NCBI GenBank assembly: GCA_964016885.1
Contig: CAXHJY010000211.1
Location: 1 to 33,862 of the forward strand
DNA: 33,862 nucleotides
Direction of reading: 5' to 3'
Origin: Eledone cirrhosa
Taxonomy: Eukaryota
Shown: positions 26,141 to 33,862 of the stretch, piece by piece
Numbering within the stretch: the stretch's first letter is position 1
How the letters are laid out: each line of letters starts with the position of its first letter
Made by a program: the position numbers and the translations under genes
Notes under the pieces: generated by a model
Database searches by the model: none
The model's input: the letters and a program-made list of their open reading frames with translations, nothing else
Told to the model about the DNA's origin: nothing

Positions 26141-27209
26141 GATAGTATTTGAAAGGAGTATATACACGATAAGATAGAGAAAATATAATTTAAGATGATG
26201 ATGTCCTTGCTTGTTTCATATGCAACCTTTGACAGCGAGCATATTGATTTACAACAAAATCACAATGGATTAGAAAGTTCAGCTATTATGATTATGATTA
26301 ATGAAAATCATTCATTACGTTAAACAGCGATGATACTGATGCATTTTCTGTGATTGAGATGCAATTGTCTGTGGTTTCCGAATATCTATGGACCAGTCCT
26401 AAAGAGAATATTGACATATTTATGAGGAATAAGTTTGGAAATTTAGATATTTTGATAAAGACGTGATTCTCCGATGTCCCAATTGGGAACAATTTAGAGA
26501 TGTTTGTGGAGGCCTTCGGAGTTGAATTAATTTTTGGACAATAGTGTTTATTTATCGAGGCACAGATGCACATGAACTGCTGAAACAATTGCCCTTTGTG
26601 TCCACGCTAATAAATTTATACAAAAAAGTAGATATTTCTCAGTTACCTTTGATTATGGATCCGGTGGAAAAAGAGTTGACTCAGTCTTAAAATCAGCATC
26701 CACAAACGTGTTTTCTGGCGGGTGTCGGTGAAAATGATGAGATGTATGGAGTAAGATTTTTCGTAAATTAAACTATATTTCATAGAAAACTAAGCACAGA
26801 ATGAAAAGATGAAGTGAATAGAACAGGATCAGAAGAAAGGTGAAATACAGAGGAGCATATATAGTCTCAGAAGAGGTCATAGGATGTGCGAAGAAAGTGC
26901 TATGGCAATTAATATGAAAAGCAATTAATCATGAAATCAAATAGTTAAGAAACGAATGAGAAAATTGAAGTGAAACGAAATTTGTGCGTGTGATTTTATA
27001 GGGCAACATAACACTCCAAATGTAAAACACTACATCTATATCTTCATCTCTCTCCCTCACTCTTTCTCTCTTTCTTTCTCCTCTCATACACACTCTCTAT
27101 CACGCTTCATCTATATATATATGTGTGTGAATGTATAAAAACTGTGAAACTCAGCAAGGCTCAGGTAATTCGGCTAGTATACACACACGCACACACACAC
27201 ACGCACACG

Positions 27210-27281
<72 letters not shown>

Positions 27282-27282
<1 letters not shown>

Positions 27283-27374
27283 CAAAAAAGTGTGGTAGCG
27301 AACTAGGTGGACCATTACGCACCAGAGTACTCGATACTTAGTGTAGTAGAGTGCGTAATAGGAAAAGAGTCAGG
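27282..27374 (-). mobile_element. Terminal fragment of the same repeat family as 21650-21735
   Basis: CACTCTACTAC.CTAAGTAT.GAGTACT...GTGCGT.ATGGTCCACCT shared; abuts (TA)n. Confidence 0.75.
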
Positions 27375-27451
27375 CACATTGGGGCTTTTTAACACTTTTT
27401 TTTAAAAAGCATTAATTATTTAAGTAGGGGTGATACATATGGATTTTTTCA

Positions 27452-27695
27452 GGGCCCCCTTTAAAATATGTAGTGACCCATACCATTCACTGAAATCATA
27501 CTAACAAATTTTCCCTAGAGCCGAAACCCCCCTGTACATACCCCCTGAATTTGAGTATGGTCGAAAAGAAGGAAAAGTCCGCTATTATTGCACCTATACT
27601 CGATATTCTTTCGCATAATGGGGGTTTTGGGGATCGATAAACTCATTTATGGTATTGTTTTTGCATTATGACCATTCAATATGCCGGAAATCCAG
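27452..27695 (+). repeat. Left long (sub)terminal inverted repeat
   Basis: Reverse complement of 30815-31059 with scattered mismatches. Confidence 0.93.
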
Positions 27696-27913
27696 CATAA
27701 TGACCAAAATCCAAGATGGCGACCAAAATTCGATCTGGCGGGTACAATAATTTTTCACTGCGAGAGTTATTTTGTCTCATATAATAAATAGTTTCTCATG
27801 TTTAACGTCTACCGAATTCGTTATTGCTTCGCTCTTTAGCCGAACCTGTATTTCCCCGTGATCTCAGATGCGCCATATCTTTCGTACTTTCAGATTAACG
27901 TCCAATTTTTAAA

Positions 27914-30649
27914 ATGGCATACAGGCACACAAAATTACCATTGCGATCGTCTGCGAAGAAGATCCTCGGTGAACTGGAATATGTGGAAACTGCAGGATTC
28001 CCCAATGGACTTCTACCCACAAAAAGGAATGTTATCACGAACATGATGTATCTAATGCGACCATCACGAGCAGGCCAGAGTCAGAGATCAAAAGAAGAAG
28101 CAGCATTGTCCCTCTAATATGTGCTATCAGAACACTCGATTTTCTGTATACAGTGACGATAAAACATATAAAACGGAAAAACCTTCAATTATATGCAGAA
28201 TTTCAACGACTATATCAAACGAGGAAGAACAGGAGAAATGAAAAATACTTGGAGGAGGTTAACAAATTTAACAACGATGTGGATTATATGTTTGATATAT
28301 TCTGTGAGAACGCCGTAGTGAGGAAGAGACTAGAAAATTACCACGGAGTCAGCATGACGGACGATGAGTGGGAATTCCTTTATGATCAGCGCAAGGACCG
28401 TGAAATGTTTTGTGAGCATTTCATAGATAAAAAAATGGGAAACGACAATGAAAAGGAGGAAAAGTGACATTGAATCTTTGGAAAGACAGATGCAGAGAGC
28501 TGAAAAGGAGCAATAAATGATTCAATTATTTATGGATGTGTCTCCGGATTCTACCGAAGACAACGAACAAATGCTCCGTCGGTTCCTAAGTAGCGTAATG
28601 TTGTGGCATCATGGGACTTTGGAGATGATCTTCTACCGCCATGTTTCAGACACCTACGAATCAGTGAGATGATAATAAAGCCGAAATTATACGAAACTAT
28701 CGATGAACTCAAATGTCTGAAAATCAGGTTAATGCCGCGATAGTTGTTGTTGGAAATAAAATGTTTGACAGGAAATGGAAGTTACATAACGAAATCGACG
28801 TGATCGATCCCGATACTTTACCTCATAAACGTAATATTCGAGAGAGCGGAAAAAGTATTGAAATGATGGCACTGGACTGAATAGTTAAGGAAATCATGTC
28901 TTCAGATACCAACAGCGTGATTACCTATCACGACGACGGGTCCAAAAAACAAGGTGTTGGATCTTTCAGTGTACAGGGCATGACAGTTGGTGGAAAGTAC
29001 AGAGCGCTTCCTACGTTACCGATAGCGTCTGAATCGCGACAGAACTTGGCTGATTTAACATTGGCTGTTTTGTCCATACTAGAAGCTGCAAGTGAGGTAC
29101 CCGTCAAATTGCTCTTCGAAAAAATTTATTTTATGATAACTGATCAGACATCACACAATTTCGAGGTTGAGGCGATCCTAGCTGAAAAACTAGAGACTGA
29201 ACACGTTCCAGACCCCCTTTTCTGTAATGTTCATCCTTCCCTCATGTTCAACAGGGTTTTGACGAAGCTATGTTCTGAAATTGAAAACGAAATTGATAGA
29301 GACAAAATCTTCTCGAGTTTTCTAGTGAATCTAACTAATAATGCCTCAAGCGTCACAGAGCAAGCTCTCGACTGTACAACAAGATTGATATGCCATGATT
29401 TTGACCACAAAAATTGGAATAAGGTGAATGACTTTGAATCGTTTATACATCCACGCAAAAATAAGTCCGTTTCATTGAAAGATGAACGGTTCAATCGGCT
29501 TACCATAATTTGTGCAGTTACGCTGTATCACCTAGACGATGTAGCCGCTTACGTTCAGAAATTCTAGCATGTAACTAACCAGTTGGCGTGCATAGTGTGC
29601 TGTTTTATGAATATGGACTTCTTCCGGGTGTTGTTCTGCAGTGGAGCTATCATCGGATTGCATTTGGTAGAGCCATTCTTATCACTCACGACAGCACAAG
29701 CGACGGACTATCCCAAACTTGCGATAGCATTCAATAAGAGCTACGACGATTTGATACATATTGATCCCAGCAAATTATTATCTACCGACCAACCAGCTTT
29801 GAATTTCGTATCAGAAGAACGTTTCAGACAGATCCGATATGATGACGAAATGTGCGATGCCATAAATGCGGCGACTAGCGAGTTGAGAGATGATGTACTC
29901 AACGTCATAAAGGTGCTCTTATCGAAGTTGGGTGATGGCTTCCAGGAGCAAAAGTGCGACATATTCGGATTTGGAGAAGCTTGCGATTCTCCATACGCCT
30001 TATCAAAGATGGACACTGCCAAACTTGAAAAAGCGCCTATTCACAACCTCGATTCAGAAAGAGGCGTGGGCTTTATTAATTACGAATTGCCTCGCCGAGG
30101 CGAGAAACAATTGGCCACCGCTTCTTCATCTCAAGTAAAGATGAAGGCTAAAGACCTGATCGAAAATGAGTCGGGGTCTTTCGTCAAATACAGGAAGTTG
30201 GTTAGAAAAGGCGGCCAAATACCTGAAATTATGAAAGCATGGACTGTAAGACAGGAAGAGTTGACACGCGAAGGCCTCGCAACCAAGGAAATTGCCAATA
30301 TTGCCACCGACAAGCGACCAAACAAGGACCTTGATTATCTAAAATCTGTAGGTGGTACTTCACTAAGAAAGGGGAGATAGATACATATATGGAGAGCGAT
30401 ACAGCTTCGGAAACAAATAAAATAGAAAGGTTATATTTAGAAATTAGATATTCAAGGGACACCTCGCTATCGATACCAAAAACCAGCGACATTTTCAAAC
30501 TGAAAAGGAATTATCGGAAACTAGATATGGATAATTACGTGCGAAATATGAGGGTTTATCTGAAGAATGTCAGCTGCAAAACGGATGTTACTGTTCAGGA
30601 CTTTAAAGATGCTTCAGATCACTTGTTGAACAATTATAATTTAAAATAA
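27914..30649 (+). pseudogene. DDE transposase pseudogene
   Basis: Consecutive broken ORFs with YHDDGS (D1), ITDQTSHN (D2), LFCNVHP (CxxH), RFNRL and HNLDSER (E). The order matches hAT-type transposases. Confidence 0.85.
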
Positions 30650-30814
30650 ACCAATGATAATGTACCAATGAATCATGCATAATAATTTGTTCAAGCCATA
30701 GACTAGAGTTAATCTTATTTTGTCTTAGGAAATGCGTTTAAAATATGCCGTTCATGAAAAATGATATATTAGTCAATATAGTTGGTTTAATAACTTGTTC
30801 CCATATCCGGCATC

Positions 30815-31059
30815 CTGGATTTCCGGCATATTGGATAGTCGTAATGCAAAAACAATACTATAAATGAGTTTATCGACCCCCAAAACACCCCTTGTGACGA
30901 AAAAATATCTAGTATAGGTGCAATAATAGCGGACTTTTCCTTCTTTTCGACCATCCTTAACTTCAGGGGGTATGTACAGGGGGGTTCCGGCCCTCGGGAA
31001 ACATTTTTAGTATGATTTCAGTGAATGGTATGGGTCACTACATATTTTAAAAGGGGCCC
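30815..31059 (-). repeat. Right long (sub)terminal inverted repeat
   Basis: Reverse complement of 27452-27695. Confidence 0.93.
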
Positions 31060-31216
31060 GGAAATTGAGTCTGCAGAATTGTAAATTAATCCCCCCCCCC
31101 CTAATTAAAGGAGCATGATATTCCATGCGTTTAAATAATTGTAAGTCCTTTTCAGTTTTGCATTTATATTAAATATTCCCATTTGCTATTCATAATCCAT
31201 TTTCAAGGTCATATAG

Positions 31217-31248
<32 letters not shown>

Positions 31249-31263
31249 GTATATATGTATGTA

Positions 31264-31365
<102 letters not shown>

Positions 31366-31490
31366 GTAGGAGGTGAGTTATATTGTAGCACAATAAAGCA
31401 ATACAAATATCGGATAAATAGCACTCCACAATTTTGTAGGACTGGAGTATAAATAATATAAAATCAAAAGATGGTTAAAAGAGTTCCATG

Positions 31491-31561
31491 TATTTTATTA
31501 TGCGCATTTCAAAAACAAATATCATCATGGGATGATATTTGCGTTCTCATCAAATAAAATA
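31491..31561 (-). ncRNA. Hammerhead copy with C3U change (TTGATGA)
   Basis: Reverse complement of 33154-33224 except for the first core base. Confidence 0.65.
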
Positions 31562-31889
31562 GGGAGACATGATATGAAGCTTAAAAAACACTTGCGAGCA
31601 GTGAAGTGTTAAATCAACATATGAAAAGTAAAATAAGATGGATATATGAGATTGAGAAAAAAAGGAAAGGAAGGGGGGAAGGAGAAGGTAAGGAAGAGAA
31701 AGAAAGAATATAATAAGAAAAAATATATAATAATAAGGAAAGGATGACGGAGGAGGAGTATAAGAAGGAAGGATGAGAGAGGAGGAGAAAATGAGTTAGA
31801 GAGAGAGATAACCTTTAATACTGAAAAAAACTGTCTCACAGAGAGAAATAAAAATAAAACCGTTGTGAGATAATACATAATTTAAAAAA

Positions 31890-32340
31890 AAATAGATGTA
31901 CGGATTTATTTTTGCTCTGCTTGCATAAATCCCATAGAACTTTCCATAAAGTATACAGCTAATATCTTACTACCTAATTAGTTTAAAATCTTCTTTTCTC
32001 AAACGCTTTTATATTTTTTACAAATATACCCATCTTTCTACCTTATTTCAGTATATTATATAATATTACTCATACTATGTCGTTAACGGTCCCCTTAATT
32101 TACCATTATCTCTAATTTTAATTCTATATTAAATAGACGTACGGATTTATTTTCGCTCTGCTTGCATAAATCCCATAGAACTTTCCATAAAGTATACAGC
32201 TATTATCTTACTACCTAATTAGTTTAAAATCTTCTTTTCTCAAACGCCTTTATAATTTTTACAAATATACCCATCTTTCTACCTTATTTCAGTATATTAT
32301 ACAATATTACTCATACTATGTCATTAGCGGTCCCCTAATT
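31890..32340 (+). repeat. Tandem direct duplication, ~240-bp period
   Basis: 31890-32100 is nearly identical to 32131-32340. Confidence 0.93.
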
Positions 32341-33153
32341 TTCTTCTTTTTTCTTCTTTTTTAATTTCTAATCTTTAATCTGCAACTTTTACTTCTCAAT
32401 TACCTCTTAATTCATATTATAAACTCACTATAGCATTTTCATTATATACTCGCCCATACACATTTTTATTTTCAATATATACTAATATTACCATTAGTGA
32501 AATTTTGTAAACATATTTTTTTGACGTTATATATTTTTTCTTCCTTTTTTTTTTTCTATCTTGAATTTCTTCTTTCTTCTCTCCTTCCGTGCTCGTATTA
32601 TACCTATTATTTACTTTTTCCTATTACAATATATAGAAACAAACTTGGACCCTAATTAATTCCTCTCAGTTCATAATTCATTTAACCTTATCTTCATTCA
32701 CCTTATCTTCTTAATATATTTCATTTTAATAATACATTTTAATAAATTCCTTTTCGCACGTATTATTAAACCTTCAATATATAAACCTTAAATAAATATT
32801 CTTAATTCCTTTTTCTTTAATCATAATCATCACCATTCATAAACCTCATTAACATTTAATTTCTTAAAATATTTTTTAAATTATGTTTTATATTACGACG
32901 TTTTTTTAAAATTTTCTCTCTCTCTCACTCATTTTCTCCTCCTCTCTCATCCTTCCTTCTTATACTCCTCCTCCGTCATCCTTTCCTTATTATTATTTTG
33001 TTTTTCTTATTATATTCTTTCTTCCTCTTACTTACCTTCTCCCCCCCCCCCCTTTCCTTTCCTATTTTTCCCAATCTCATATTTTACTTTTCATATGTTG
33101 ATTTAACACTTCACTGCTCGCAAGTGTTTTTTAAGCTTCATATCATGTCTCCC

Positions 33154-33224
33154 TATTTTATCTGATGAGAACGCAAATATCATCCCATGATGATATTTGT
33201 TTTTGAAATGCGCATAATAAAATA
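33154..33224 (+). ncRNA. Minimal type I hammerhead ribozyme with long stem II
   Basis: TATTTTAT-CTGATGA-G..CAAATATCATC CCAT GATGATATTTG..T-GAAA T GCGC A TA-ATAAAATA: 8-bp stem I, palindromic GCGC loop III, AUA triplet. Confidence 0.85.
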
Positions 33225-33862
33225 CATGGAACTCTTTTAACCATCTTTTGATTTTATATTATTTTATATTATATATATATATTGAACATTTTCATACATA
33301 TATATATATATATATATATGGGGGGGGGGGTCTCTGTTCTATATACATTGGTCATAGACACACACATACACACACATATATATACACAAACACTCACCTA
33401 TATATGTACACAACAACACTACCAGTTCTCTCTCTCACGCTCTTCCATTCTCCTTCTCTGTCTCTTCTCCTTCTCTATTTGACTCTCTTCCAATCTACTC
33501 TCTCCCAACCACTATTTCTTTCTCTCTATCCTTCTCTCTCTCTGTTTATGAAGGTATCTGGAAAAACACATATCTCGGAAACACGTGCTCCGATTTACAC
33601 GAAACTTGTTTTATTCCATTTTCATCCCATTTCAGGGTCAACTTCCGTTCAAAATATTTTTCCATTATGCACCATTTTGCCCGTATTACAGTATAGACAA
33701 GCATGCAAGTAATCACAGAGTTTTAGTAGTTTGCTAGACCACACGTGACCCGTTGCGTCAGTTTCACTTCAAAATAATTTTTAAATAATTAAAATATAGA
33801 CAGACATGTATATAATGTGAAATGAAACTGGAAGGCCTATGTACAGCAAGCAAGGATGCAAT

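Larger units (their letters stand above)
27425..31103 (+). mobile_element. hAT-superfamily-like DNA transposon (hATw/hATm-like), 3679 bp
   Basis: Termini TAGGGG...CCCCTA; TSD ATTTAAG/ATTAAAG; inverted repeats 27452-27695 / 30815-31059; internal transposase pseudogene. Confidence 0.88.
31450..33265 (+). mobile_element. 5'-truncated Penelope-like element with ~360-bp inverted pseudo-LTRs
   Basis: 31450-31810 is inverted at 32912-33265; hammerhead in both arms; internal ILNRRTDLFSLCLHK resembles the Penelope C-terminal LN.R.E...C.H motif. Confidence 0.8.

Noticed and set aside
26298-26720. Coding-like composition and a 96-aa minus-strand ORF
   Set aside because: No recognisable motif or clean splice sites, and + frames contain stops; needs tBLASTx.
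27425-31103. Alternative assignment to Mutator or P superfamily because of the long inverted repeats and CxxH
   Set aside because: TAGGG termini, the 7-bp TSD and the N..SER context fit hAT-like groups better, though a phylogeny is needed.
33610-33720. Possible exon after a pyrimidine tract and CAG
   Set aside because: Weak donor, and the upstream ATATCTCGGAAAC...CCGATTTACACGAAACTT looks like a repeat remnant; neither call is supportable.

Overview
This is AT-rich animal genomic DNA, probably intronic or intergenic. The microsatellite density and the tRNA-derived SINE suggest a cephalopod such as Octopus, which is an inference. It is a dense field of decayed transposons, and I see no intact gene, CRISPR array or rRNA/tRNA gene. 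Contents: (1) three Tx1/L1-like LINEs on the minus strand (5' end only at 1-455, internally deleted at 699-4644, near full length at 11584-17364) plus a 3' scrap; (2) an R4/Dong-like 3' end; (3) three copies of a tRNA-derived SINE, one with a 20-bp TSD; (4) at least four Penelope-like insertions with inverted ends, one with an almost complete RT + GIY-YIG pseudogene; (5) a 3.7-kb hAT-like DNA transposon with ~245-bp inverted repeats and a 7-bp TSD that a nearby empty-site paralogue confirms; (6) one possible 48-nt host exon. The most interesting signals are several distinct minimal type I hammerhead ribozymes in the Penelope ends, including non-canonical core variants; an apparent split of landing sites, with Tx1/Dong/SINE at (AAT)n and Penelope at (TA)n; and conserved cis-elements in the Tx1 family (GTAAGT motifs, an exactly 35-nt inter-ORF spacer, a 5'UTR hairpin). 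Most ORF-track entries are microsatellite or antisense artefacts.
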